Positions 11,366 through 20,976 of a stretch of 64,000 nt of DNA are shown here, piece by piece. A program made the position numbers and the translations under genes. The stretch is from Candidatus Latescibacterota bacterium (lineage in GTDB: Bacteria; Latescibacterota; UBA2968). Numbering within the stretch: position 1 is the stretch's first letter; the number at the start of each line of letters is the position of its first letter. Location of the stretch: positions 1,024,001-1,088,000 of the forward strand of contig OZ242195.1 of the NCBI GenBank assembly GCA_965205975.1, given 5' to 3'. A model generated the notes under the pieces. That model was not told the DNA's origin, ran no database searches, and saw nothing but the letters and a program-made list of their open reading frames with translations.

Positions 11366-12205
11366 TTAATTAAAAAGAAAAGCGGCGAGTCCAAGTAGCA
11401 TCCCTGCTTTGAGCAGTTTGTTGAGGTATCCGAGTGCGTCTTTTTGCCAGAGGCGGATGAGGACAAAGATGAGTAAAAGATTGAGGAGGAGAATCAGGCA
11501 GAGATAAATCGAACCGTAAATGCCCAGGAGCGCGGGCAATGGGGTGGCGATGATGAGGATTGTAAAGATGCTGGTGATCAGAATTCGTGCGGTTTTTTCT
11601 CCCCAGGAGATGGGTACAGTGCTGCCCGATAACTGGCGGTCGCCCGCACTGTCTTCGAGGTCTTTGAGAAGTTCGCGCCCCAGGTGAAACAGAAAGGCAA
11701 AGCCCGCGATGAGATAGGGAGCGGATATGTTCTCGACGGCTGTGCCACCATAGAGAAATGCCAGACCGCCCAGCGTGCTCACTGTGAGATTGCCGATGAG
11801 AGGTACGCGTTTGAGATAGGTATTGTAAAGGGTCAGGCACGCGATGGCAATGAGGGCAATGGCGAGGGCAGGCGTTGGCAAGGGGAGGGCGAGGAGAATG
11901 CCCGCGAGGAGGAAAATACCCATTTCTATGCGCGCGATGCCGGGAGATAAACGGCCTGAAGGAAGTGGGCGGTGCGGTTTGTTTATGCGGTCTTCGGTGA
12001 TGCCACACAGGTCATTGAGCGCGTTGCCTCCCGCGGTGATGAGGGCAGCGGATAGCGCGGCAAATAGCAGGGGTTCGGTGATCCTGTGAATCCCGAGCCA
12101 GCCACCGAGGAGTACAGAAGCAAAGGTTATGAGGCAGTTGATCGGGCGAGGGAGTTCTATTGCGGCGTAAAATCTGGTCTTGCGGAAGGGCATTGCGGTG
12201 GTCAT
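11366..12205 (-). CDS. UbiA-family prenyltransferase, DGGGP-synthase-like
   Basis: RPINC, NDLCGITEDRINKPHRPLPSG, YNTYLKRVPLIGN, RELLKDLEDSAGD; multiple TM helices. Confidence 0.8.
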   Translation of the reverse strand: MTTAMPFRKTRFYAAIELPRPINCLITFASVLLGGWLGIHRITEPLLFAALSAALITAGGNALNDLCGITEDRINKPHRPLPSGRLSPGIARIEMGIFLLAGILLALPLPTPALAIALIAIACLTLYNTYLKRVPLIGNLTVSTLGGLAFLYGGTAVENISAPYLIAGFAFLFHLGRELLKDLEDSAGDRQLSGSTVPISWGEKTARILITSIFTILIIATPLPALLGIYGSIYLCLILLLNLLLIFVLIRLWQKDALGYLNKLLKAGMLLGLAAFLFN

Positions 12206-12270
12206 CCAATCAGCGAAGCAGCGATGGAGTTTGTAACAATACTGACTTACATCATGTCAGCACATGCTTT

Positions 12271-12314
12271 GGGAGGTAGGGCGGGGTTCGTCTATTCGTC
12301 TATTCGTCTATTCG
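12271..12314. repeat. Dispersed intergenic repeat, copy 1: G-rich anchor plus (TTCGTCTA)x3
   Basis: GGGAGGTAGGGCGGGG followed by TTCGTCTA tandems at 12287-12314, just after the XPB stop. Confidence 0.8.
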
Positions 12315-12319
12315 CGTTC

Positions 12320-14008
12320 TCACGCTTCTTCAAAGACATCGTCTGCGTCTCGAATGGTGTAGCGATAGCCCTGTTCGGTGAGGAAGGTCTGGCGGTTTCG
12401 GGCAAATTCTTGTTCGCGGGTGTCGCGCGTGACGAGGGTGTAAAAATGAGCCAGGCTGCCGTCGGATTTGGGGCGCAATATGCGGCCGAGGCGCTGGGCT
12501 TCTTCCTGGCGCGAGCCATAAGTGCCAGAAATCTGAATGGCGACGCTGGCATCGGGCAGATCGACGGCAAAATTGGCGACTTTGGATACGACAAGGATCT
12601 TGATTTTGCCCTTTCGAAATGCTTCGTAGAGGTGGTCGCGGTCTTCGCTGGGGGTTTTGCCCATTATTAACGGGGCGTCGAGTTCTCGTGCAATATATTC
12701 GACCTGGCGGATGTATTGCCCAATGACGAGGATTTGGTCGCCTTCGTGTTTTTTTAACAGATGTTTGACCATGTGGATTTTGTCGGCATTTTCCGATGCA
12801 ATGCGGAATTTGGCACGTCTATCTGCTATGGCATAGCTGAGCCGCTTGCTCTGGGGTAATGGCAGGCGAATTTCACAGCATTCTGCGGTTGCTATCCAGC
12901 CGCTGGATTCAAGCTCGCGCCAGGGCACGTCGTAGCGCTTGGGTCCAATGAGCGAAAAGACATCGGTTTCGAGGCCATCTTCGCGCACGAGGGTGGCTGT
13001 GAGACCCAGACGACGTCGAGATTGCAATTCGGCGGTAAAGCGAAATACGGGTGCGGGAAGCAGGTGAACTTCATCGTAAATAATGAGGCCCCAATTGCCC
13101 TGATTGAAAATGCCGAAGTGGGGGAAATCTTCCTCCCGACTCTTGCGATAGGTCAAGATATTGTAGGTGGCAATGGTAACGGGCCGGATTTCTTTGCGCT
13201 CTCCGGAATATTCGCCTATCTGGTCGTCAGAGAGACTCGTTTTGTCGATGAGTTCTGCTTTCCACTGGCGCGACGCCGTGATATTGGTGGTCAGGATCAG
13301 GGTTTCGCACTGGAGGGTATTCATCGCGGCCATGCCCACAATGGTTTTGCCCGCGCCGCAGGGCAAAACTACTGTGCCGCTTCCGCCATCTGGACCTCCG
13401 CCCGCGTGGAATATATCGACGGCTTCGCGCTGATAATCGCGCAATGCAAAGGGATTGCCCGACAGGGCAATCTGGCGATGTTGAAATTTGAGTGTTCTGC
13501 CTTTGAGGTATCCCGCGCGATCTTTGACCGGGAATCCGATGCGCGTGAGAGCCTGTTTGAGGTGTCCTCGATAGAGGGGTAAAACGCTGATGTGGTGGGC
13601 ATCGAGTCGTTTTTCTATATAGGGCTGGACGGTTTTGTGGCGGCAGATTTCAAGGATGATTAGCGGGTCATTGGAAGACAGGATGAGCGCGTCGTCTTCT
13701 TTGTCGAGATAGACTTTGCCATAGCGGCTCATAGCCTCGCGGATTTCAACGCTTACATTCTGGGGAATATCGTATTTGCCGTAGGTTTCGAGGGTGGCGA
13801 TGATTTCTTCGGTGGTGACGCCGGCTGCGGCTGCATTCCAGAGCGAGAGGGGATTGACGCGGTACGTGTGTATGTGCTCTGGACTTTTTTCCAACTCGGC
13901 AAAGCGCACGAGCCGATCTCGCGCCGCTTCGTACTTGGGCGAATTGACTTCGACGAGAACCGTGAGGTCGCTCTGGATGATGAGAGGATTTTCGGGGTTG
14001 TAGTTCAT
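12320..14008 (-). CDS. DNA repair helicase XPB (Ssl2/Rad25 family, SF2)
   Basis: N-terminal PLIIQSD domain, LRDYQ, Walker A LPCGAGKT, DEVH, GLTAT, RED motif, QRLGRILR; start at MNYNPEN (14008). Confidence 0.93.
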   Translation of the reverse strand: MNYNPENPLIIQSDLTVLVEVNSPKYEAARDRLVRFAELEKSPEHIHTYRVNPLSLWNAAAAGVTTEEIIATLETYGKYDIPQNVSVEIREAMSRYGKVYLDKEDDALILSSNDPLIILEICRHKTVQPYIEKRLDAHHISVLPLYRGHLKQALTRIGFPVKDRAGYLKGRTLKFQHRQIALSGNPFALRDYQREAVDIFHAGGGPDGGSGTVVLPCGAGKTIVGMAAMNTLQCETLILTTNITASRQWKAELIDKTSLSDDQIGEYSGERKEIRPVTIATYNILTYRKSREEDFPHFGIFNQGNWGLIIYDEVHLLPAPVFRFTAELQSRRRLGLTATLVREDGLETDVFSLIGPKRYDVPWRELESSGWIATAECCEIRLPLPQSKRLSYAIADRRAKFRIASENADKIHMVKHLLKKHEGDQILVIGQYIRQVEYIARELDAPLIMGKTPSEDRDHLYEAFRKGKIKILVVSKVANFAVDLPDASVAIQISGTYGSRQEEAQRLGRILRPKSDGSLAHFYTLVTRDTREQEFARNRQTFLTEQGYRYTIRDADDVFEEA

Positions 14009-14013
14009 ATTTT

Positions 14014-15702
14014 TTATCCGCGTTCTATTGTCACGTAATACGCACCGGCGAGGCGATTGCCATTCGCGTCTATCCACCAGGTTTGCAAAGTTGTGGGACC
14101 GCTCGATAAATCCACTGTAAATGTTACGGACAGGTCATCGGGACGCACGTCCATTTCATGTTCAGAGCCGTTGATCTGAATCCACGCCCGATCTGCGGGG
14201 AGTGCTTTGCCAGCCATTAATGTACCGTCAACACCTTCCATCACGGGAGCCGGTGCTGTAATTGCGAGATTCGATTCTCGGGGCCAGCGCCGCAAGGTGA
14301 TGTCGTATTTTCCGGATTGTGCAACTGCGAGTTGCCAGATACCGCTGTCCATCACACATCCGCGCACGCCATTGGGATTGTCGCAATAGACCTCCATCCA
14401 ATCGCAACTGGACAATCGCGTGGAACTTTCTTCTTTTGTTCCAATGGAAATGGGGTAGTAAATATCGAGATTTGCGCCAAGCTCATCCCACCATGCATCG
14501 TAATGCGCCCGCATCTTTTGCAAGACATCGGGGTGTTGGTCGTCGATGTTGTGTTCTTGCGCGGGATCGCTGTCGAGGTGATACAGTTCGGTATAATCTA
14601 CGAGACGCCATCGATTCCACAAAACTGCGGCATTGCCTTTGCGCGTGGTTCGATTCCCCGTTGGGACATTGTGGCCGTATTGTACGACGAGCATCCGATT
14701 TTCCAATTCTTCCCGTTCGCGCAAGAGGCCGATCAGAGAGACGCCGTCATAGGCAGTTCCTTCTGGTTCGTCGAGGCCGCAGAGGGAGACCAGGGTTGGC
14801 AAGACATCTGTACCGTGCGTGGGGTCGGGTATATCGCGGGGGTCTCCCAACTGGCCTTCGGGCCAGCGAATAAAAAACGGAACGCGATGACCGCCTTCAT
14901 AGAGCGTGGTCTTTTTTCCGCGCATGCCGGCGTTGTACACTGTTTCTCCGTTAGCCGTCCCATTATCGGTCATAAAAATCAGAATGGTATTGTCTCGCAG
15001 TCCGGTTTTGTGGAGAAAGGCGTCGAGTTTGCCCATGTTTTCGTCGATATTGGCAATCATTCCGTAAAAGCTGGCGACATTATATGCAACATGTTCGAGA
15101 TAGGGTTGGCGGTATTTGTCGGGAACCCACAGCGGGGTATGGGGTGCGTTGGTGGCGATATACGCAAAAAATGGCGCATCGCCCTGTTTCTCGATCCAGT
15201 TCATGGCTTCGTCAAACCACACATCTGTGCAATATCCTTCAAAGGCCTCAATTGTTCCATTGTGTCGATAGTGGTCGTCGAAATAATCATTCCCAAAATA
15301 ATCTGCAGCGGATGTAATTCCCCAGGCGGGATGGTGAATTGTTTCGTGAAATCCCCGATCCTGTGGGCGGTAGGGATAATTGTCGCCGAGGTGCCATTTG
15401 CCAAAATGTCCCGTGCGGTAGCCATTCAGGCCAAAAATATCCGACATGGTCGGCAGTTCGGGATTTATCAATGACCGCCCCATGCACACAAATGTGGCGC
15501 CATTGCGAAGCGCGTCCTGGCCTGTCAGCAGTTCGCCGCGCGTTGGTGTACACATGGGCGCGACGTGGAAATCTGTGAATCGGATGCTCTCGTCGTGTAA
15601 TGCGTCTAAATTTGGCGTCTTTATGATCGGATTGCCATGGCAAGAGAGATCGCCATAGCCCTGGTCGTCGGTGAGAACAAAAATCACATTGGGTTTGTCC
15701 AT
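14014..15702 (-). CDS. Arylsulfatase
   Basis: PNVIFVLTDDQGYGD, CTPTR, GKWHLG, TDNG, YEGGHRVP. Confidence 0.92.
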   Translation of the reverse strand: MDKPNVIFVLTDDQGYGDLSCHGNPIIKTPNLDALHDESIRFTDFHVAPMCTPTRGELLTGQDALRNGATFVCMGRSLINPELPTMSDIFGLNGYRTGHFGKWHLGDNYPYRPQDRGFHETIHHPAWGITSAADYFGNDYFDDHYRHNGTIEAFEGYCTDVWFDEAMNWIEKQGDAPFFAYIATNAPHTPLWVPDKYRQPYLEHVAYNVASFYGMIANIDENMGKLDAFLHKTGLRDNTILIFMTDNGTANGETVYNAGMRGKKTTLYEGGHRVPFFIRWPEGQLGDPRDIPDPTHGTDVLPTLVSLCGLDEPEGTAYDGVSLIGLLREREELENRMLVVQYGHNVPTGNRTTRKGNAAVLWNRWRLVDYTELYHLDSDPAQEHNIDDQHPDVLQKMRAHYDAWWDELGANLDIYYPISIGTKEESSTRLSSCDWMEVYCDNPNGVRGCVMDSGIWQLAVAQSGKYDITLRRWPRESNLAITAPAPVMEGVDGTLMAGKALPADRAWIQINGSEHEMDVRPDDLSVTFTVDLSSGPTTLQTWWIDANGNRLAGAYYVTIERG

Positions 15703-15718
15703 ATCCTCTCCAGAAATA

Positions 15719-16732
15719 TCATTTGTTTTGAAAAAACGCGCGGTTAATGGTGAAAGATTTGGCGACGAGATCTACCCGTCTCAAAATGGCCCCCTTTTTT
15801 TTATTGGGCGCATAGAGTCCCATGTCGATAAAAAAGAATCGGTTGAGATCGACATCGATAAAAGCATAGCTCTTAAAAGGTCCGCCTTTCCACTCGGCTT
15901 CATTTTCCCAAAGGCCCTGAAGTACTACGGCGAGTTTGCCCGCAAATTCGACCTGACCAACGGTAACTTCGCCGAGGACGATGCGGTCGCCACCAAACCA
16001 CTGCCCCATGATGTCGTCGCGTTTTTGAATAACCCAGTCTTCGGTGAGCTGATCGGGGTGTACATTATCTTCCCAATAGACGGAAAGCCAGCGGTTGGGA
16101 TTATCTCTGGCAAGCACGACAAAGTTGGGATAGGTCTCGAGGATGCTGTAGCCAAAGGGCACGCGCACATTCCAACCGTAGGTTTCGGCGAGTTCCTGGG
16201 TGATATTTTTTCGCTCGCCAAAGCTGTAAACATTTTCTCGCACACTGTGATCAACGGCATTTTCCAGGGTGCTATACAAGCGATCGGATTCCATAAAGAG
16301 GTTTTCAACGGTGGTTTCTATATCTTTGCCGGACACGATATAAAGGGTTTGATCTCTGGCCCACACGTTTTTTTTCCAGGTTACACCTGCGCGACTGTCC
16401 AAAATGGTTTGTTGTACTTCGGGACTGAGTATCTCTTTGATGAATTGCGCGGTGGGATGATTGGCATTGAGGGGCGCGATAACCATGAGGCTTTTGCGCT
16501 GATCGTGTTTGTGCGCGCTGAGGAAATTGACATCGCCCCATTCAATTTCATAAATGCGTTCGGCCTGGGGCGTATAGATAACGGTTTCAAAAATTTCGCG
16601 AAGGGGGTCTTCCAGCGTTTGCCAATCGGTGGAGTCGGCCAGTACAATGATTTTGCGGGCGGGGCCAAGAGATTCGGGCAAGTGGTCACCACATCCGATG
16701 CACAAGAGCAAGAAAAATAGAAAAATGCGCAT
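15719..16732 (-). CDS. DUF4837-like lipoprotein
   Basis: Lipobox LLCIGC; PQAE, NVWARDQ, GLWEN...GGPFKSY, YAPNKKK motifs. Confidence 0.7.
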   Translation of the reverse strand: MRIFLFFLLLCIGCGDHLPESLGPARKIIVLADSTDWQTLEDPLREIFETVIYTPQAERIYEIEWGDVNFLSAHKHDQRKSLMVIAPLNANHPTAQFIKEILSPEVQQTILDSRAGVTWKKNVWARDQTLYIVSGKDIETTVENLFMESDRLYSTLENAVDHSVRENVYSFGERKNITQELAETYGWNVRVPFGYSILETYPNFVVLARDNPNRWLSVYWEDNVHPDQLTEDWVIQKRDDIMGQWFGGDRIVLGEVTVGQVEFAGKLAVVLQGLWENEAEWKGGPFKSYAFIDVDLNRFFFIDMGLYAPNKKKGAILRRVDLVAKSFTINRAFFQNK

Positions 16733-16809
16733 AAAACGGTACCCAGTAGAAAGGGGAACGAGAAAAGATAAAGATAACAGGATTTAGAGAGAGAAACAAT
16801 GTTCAAGTT

Positions 16810-17925
16810 TTATTCAATATAAAGCCGAGGGAGACGTGCGCCGAGCAGAGAAACAACTTCGTGTGAGATATAATTTCCCCATTGTGCGAGGTCGTTCACG
16901 GTGATTTCTCTGTCGCCCTGTTTCCCGAGCAGGACGACTTCATCGCCGACGGAAACAGGTGGTATATCGGTGACATCGATCATGATGACATCCATGCAGA
17001 TCGCACCGACAACCAGACAGGATTTTCCGCAGATGAGGACATGGGATTTATTGGACATCTGACGGTTGTATCCGTCGGCATATCCCAGGGGTGCGAGGGC
17101 GATGCGAGAAGGGCGCGTGAGCGTGTATGTGCCGCCGTAACTGAGGGTTTGGCCGGTAGAAAAATTTCGCACTTGTGCGATCCGCGCTTTGATAGATAGC
17201 GCGGGAGAAAGCGAGAGTGGACCTGCACCTTGCGTGGGGGGAATGCCATAGGTGAGCAATCCCACGCGCACGAGATCAAAATGCGATTCTGGCATGTGAA
17301 CGGTCATGACGCTGTTGGCGGCGTGACGATAGGGAACAGAAATGTCTGTGAGTTTGGACAGACACGCGGCAAATATTTTGATCTGATGGCGAGCCTTGTC
17401 CATGTCTTCTGTGCGTTCCCAGGCCACATGTGTTGCGATACCCTCGAAGAATAAGTGGGGATTCTGGACGATTTTTTGGGCAAAGTCGAGTACCTCATCG
17501 GATGATAGGCCAAGGCGCCCCATGCCGGTATCGACTTTGAGATGTATGCGTGCGCGTGTATTATAGCGTTTGGCTGCGGCTTCTATGGATGGTATTGCAG
17601 CGGGGTGACCGATGGTTTGAGACAGGTTGTGGGCAACAAGGCTGTCGGCCTGTTCGGGCATGGTGGGGATGAGTACGACAACAGGTGCTGTGATGCCCGC
17701 ATTGCGAAGGGCAATGCCTTCTTGTAGCAGGGCAACGCCGAGTACAGCCGCGCCGCCTTTTATAGCTGCTTTAGCAGCGGGTATGAGGCCATGACCATAG
17801 GCATTGGCTTTGACAATGGCCATGACTTGCGTTGTTGGCGAAACAAAATGACGGACTGCAGAAATATTGTTCGCAATGGCTGATAGATCGATTTCGAGCC
17901 ATGCGGGTCGGTCGGGTTTGGGCAT
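16810..17925 (-). CDS. alr: Alanine racemase
   Basis: IVKANAYGHG (PLP lysine), HLKVDTGMGRLG, HAANS, GYADG, GAICMD. Confidence 0.95.
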   Translation of the reverse strand: MPKPDRPAWLEIDLSAIANNISAVRHFVSPTTQVMAIVKANAYGHGLIPAAKAAIKGGAAVLGVALLQEGIALRNAGITAPVVVLIPTMPEQADSLVAHNLSQTIGHPAAIPSIEAAAKRYNTRARIHLKVDTGMGRLGLSSDEVLDFAQKIVQNPHLFFEGIATHVAWERTEDMDKARHQIKIFAACLSKLTDISVPYRHAANSVMTVHMPESHFDLVRVGLLTYGIPPTQGAGPLSLSPALSIKARIAQVRNFSTGQTLSYGGTYTLTRPSRIALAPLGYADGYNRQMSNKSHVLICGKSCLVVGAICMDVIMIDVTDIPPVSVGDEVVLLGKQGDREITVNDLAQWGNYISHEVVSLLGARLPRLYIE

Positions 17926-20900
17926 TTAGTAGAGTACCTCAAAGCGCGATCCCAGATCGGGATATTTGGTGACTTCGATGCGTACGGGAAATGCCTGTTT
18001 GAGCGATTCGACGTGAGTGATGATTAAAATTTTTTCAAAATCTCCGCTGATGGCTTGAATAGCTTCTACGAGGTGATCGAGTCCTTCGGTATCCTGAGTG
18101 CCAAAGCCCTCGTCGATGACCAGGGTTCGCAGGCGCGTGCCCGTGCGACGGGCGAGGAGTTTAGACAGAGCAATGCGGATAGAAAAGTCAATGCGAAAGG
18201 CTTCTCCACCCGAATAGAGTTCGTAGCTGCGTTCGCCGAGTTCGTCGCTAATTTTGATGTCGAGGGTTTCGCGCGTTCCCCCGGTTTTGAGATCGCGCAG
18301 AGATTCCAGGGCGATTTGGGTGCGATTATCTGTCAGGCGCGCGAGAATGCGATTGGCTTCTTCTTCGATTTCTGGAATGGCCTGTTCGATGATGAGCGCC
18401 TGAATGCCGTTTTTGCCAAATGCGGTGGTCAGTTCGCGATAGATGCGAATCTCGCTCTCGCAGGATTTGATTTTCTCCTCGACAGTGTTTTGTTCTGCGC
18501 TGAGTGCATCGCAGTGTTCGATTTGGGATTGCAGGGCGGCATTTTTCTGGAGCAGGCCATCGCGTTGGGCGCGCATCTGTGCAATATTTTTTTCCAACGC
18601 ATTGGCTTCTTCGAGGGTTGATTCGGCGCTGTTGATGGCTGCCGCGATATCTGACAGGCGTTTTTGCGTTTGTTCGTTGTGCTCTGTGAGTTCTGTCAGG
18701 CGTTTTTTTGCAGTTTTGAGTTGCGTTTGTGCATTTTCAAGGTCGCGTTCGGCCACTTGAAGGCGTTCGTATTGCGCTGGCGCATCTCGTAGGGCAGCGA
18801 GTTGCTCGGAGATGTGCTGGTGGTGTTCGGCATTGTAATTCAGGGTGTGGATGCGATCGCGCACTTGTTCGCGTTCTGCTTGTTCGTTGAGCGCGTATTT
18901 GGCTTCGTCCAGCCATTGTTGTGCGAGGTCGCGTTTTTCTCGAAACGAGGGCAATTCCGCGAGGATTTTTTCTTTTTGTTCTTCGGCGAGTTGGAGTTGG
19001 GCATTTTGTGCCTCAACAGAGTCGAGTTCTTTGAGTTTTTCGCGCAGGGTGCGGTGTTCGGCCGGGTTATAGGTCAAGTTTTCAAGCGCACTGCGGGCCT
19101 GGGATAGGGCGCGCGCATCCGGGCTGTTCTGGATTTGTTCGCGCAATTGGTTTTTCAGGGCGTTGATTTCAGCCGATAATGTCTCGCGGGTTTGTACGGC
19201 ATTTTCGGCTTCTTTTATTGCGGCTTCGGCTTCGGCGAGGTGTTGGGAGACGCCTTCGCTCTGTGCGAGTTGGTTTTTAATCTCTTGATAGCGATGTCTG
19301 TGTTGTTCGCGTTCTGCTTCAGATTTTTGAATATCCGATTCCAATTGCGCTGTCTGTATCTGTTGCTCTTGCAACTGCTTTGAGAGTTTGGCTGTTACTT
19401 CTTCGCGATGGGTCTGATCGAGTTCGCTACCACACAGGGGACACGAAGCATCCTGAACATTTTGCAAAATTTGCTGCTGTTGGGCGATGTCTTTGTGGGT
19501 TTGGCGCAGGGTGTCGAGGTGTTCCCTGTAGTTTTCGATCTGAATTTTGAGGGTGCTGCCTTTGTTGCGAATCTCATCGCGTTCGGTTTCGAGGAATTGG
19601 ATTTCCTCTGCTTGTGTACGGAGAGATTGTCGCGTTTTTCTGCGCGCTTCAATCTCGGCTATCAGCACATCGGTCTGCTGCAGTTGGTGTGTGCGGGTGT
19701 TAATATCTACTTTTAGATTTTCAACGACGCTGTCTATTTGTCGCTCCAGGTCTCGAATATTGCGCTCAACACGCTCTCGATTTTCGCGTATGTCTTCCCA
19801 TTCGCGGTCCTGTTGCCTGGCTTTGTGCAATGCTTCGAGCTGTATTTGAATGGCTTGACGGTCAGAGAGAAGTGCTTCTGTTTCTCGCAATGCGCGTTCG
19901 GCGTCTCCAATGCGTATTTGCCATTCGCCGAGGCGGCGTTCCACTTCGTGGCGACGATCGGCGATTTTTTGATCGAGTTCTCCTGCGCGTTTTTCAAGTG
20001 GTCTCAGAGCGTGTAGTTTTGTCTGCAGGTCTGTGTCTTCTTTTTGGAGTGTCCGATATTTTTCAGCGGCATTTGTGATTTCGGCGCGTCTGTCGAGAAT
20101 TTCGCGATAGGTCGCCACATCTTGCCTTGCTTTTTCACATGCGGTTTGCTGTTCCATCATATCCGATTCGGTGCGCGATACGTCCTTTTTAAGGGTCTCG
20201 CGTTCGGCTTCATGGCGTTCGCGTTGGGTGCGTATTTTTCGCAGTGCTTCGCGGCGATTTTCCGCGTTTTCCAATTCGCTATTGCAGGCATGGAGTTGTG
20301 CGTTGACGCTGTCGCGCTGCGCTATAAATTCATCGCGTTTTTCTATGGTTTGTGCAATGTCATCTCTTTTTGCACGAGCAGTTGCAAGCTCTATATCTCC
20401 TTTGCGCGCGTGCTCTCGCGCAAGGGCAGACAGGTCGTCGTAATGCGATAGGCCAAGAATGTCTGAGAGAAGGGCTTTTCGCTGACTCGCTTTGCAGCGC
20501 GTAAATTCATCTGCGCGCCCCTGAAGCAGAAAGGCCGAGTTGATAAAGGTCTCATAAGTCATTCTCAATAGGGTGTCGATACTGGCCTGTGTCTGGCGTA
20601 TGGCGCTTTCTTCCGAGAGAGTTTTGTATGCGTTCGTTTCCGGTGAGTAAATTTGAAATTCCAGGCGAGTGGTCGCGCTTTTGCCTGTTTTGCGAAAGCT
20701 GCGGCTGATGCGATAGCGGTCATTTTCGAGGAAAAATTCAAAATCGACCCGCATTTCAGTGGTGCCAATTCGCAACAGACCGTCGTTGGGACGACGATCA
20801 CTACCGGATTTGCGGGCTTCTCCCCACAGTGCCCAGGTGATGGCATCGAGCAGGGCAGATTTGCCGTGCCCATTGCGGCCAGATATGCAGGCGACGTGAA

Positions 20901-20976
20901 AGCTCGAAAAGTCGAGGGGAGGCACGTTTTCGCCGTAGCTGAGAAAGTTCTGTAGGGAAAGGCTTATGGGAATCAT
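17926..20976 (-). CDS. sbcC: SbcC/Rad50 SMC-like ATPase
   Basis: Walker A GRNGHGKS, long coiled coil with central CPLC zinc hook, YSGGE, LVIDEGFG, IITH. Confidence 0.93.
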   Translation of the reverse strand: MIPISLSLQNFLSYGENVPPLDFSSFHVACISGRNGHGKSALLDAITWALWGEARKSGSDRRPNDGLLRIGTTEMRVDFEFFLENDRYRISRSFRKTGKSATTRLEFQIYSPETNAYKTLSEESAIRQTQASIDTLLRMTYETFINSAFLLQGRADEFTRCKASQRKALLSDILGLSHYDDLSALAREHARKGDIELATARAKRDDIAQTIEKRDEFIAQRDSVNAQLHACNSELENAENRREALRKIRTQRERHEAERETLKKDVSRTESDMMEQQTACEKARQDVATYREILDRRAEITNAAEKYRTLQKEDTDLQTKLHALRPLEKRAGELDQKIADRRHEVERRLGEWQIRIGDAERALRETEALLSDRQAIQIQLEALHKARQQDREWEDIRENRERVERNIRDLERQIDSVVENLKVDINTRTHQLQQTDVLIAEIEARRKTRQSLRTQAEEIQFLETERDEIRNKGSTLKIQIENYREHLDTLRQTHKDIAQQQQILQNVQDASCPLCGSELDQTHREEVTAKLSKQLQEQQIQTAQLESDIQKSEAEREQHRHRYQEIKNQLAQSEGVSQHLAEAEAAIKEAENAVQTRETLSAEINALKNQLREQIQNSPDARALSQARSALENLTYNPAEHRTLREKLKELDSVEAQNAQLQLAEEQKEKILAELPSFREKRDLAQQWLDEAKYALNEQAEREQVRDRIHTLNYNAEHHQHISEQLAALRDAPAQYERLQVAERDLENAQTQLKTAKKRLTELTEHNEQTQKRLSDIAAAINSAESTLEEANALEKNIAQMRAQRDGLLQKNAALQSQIEHCDALSAEQNTVEEKIKSCESEIRIYRELTTAFGKNGIQALIIEQAIPEIEEEANRILARLTDNRTQIALESLRDLKTGGTRETLDIKISDELGERSYELYSGGEAFRIDFSIRIALSKLLARRTGTRLRTLVIDEGFGTQDTEGLDHLVEAIQAISGDFEKILIITHVESLKQAFPVRIEVTKYPDLGSRFEVLY

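Noticed and set aside
9260..11367. ACTTTTTT on both sides of the MAD3/4-like pair as a target-site duplication
   Set aside because: Short, low-complexity match in AT-rich intergenic DNA; expected by chance.
14317..16720. Long plus-strand ORFs (385 aa and 349 aa)
   Set aside because: Antisense shadows of the arylsulfatase and the DUF4837-like gene; no recognisable motifs.
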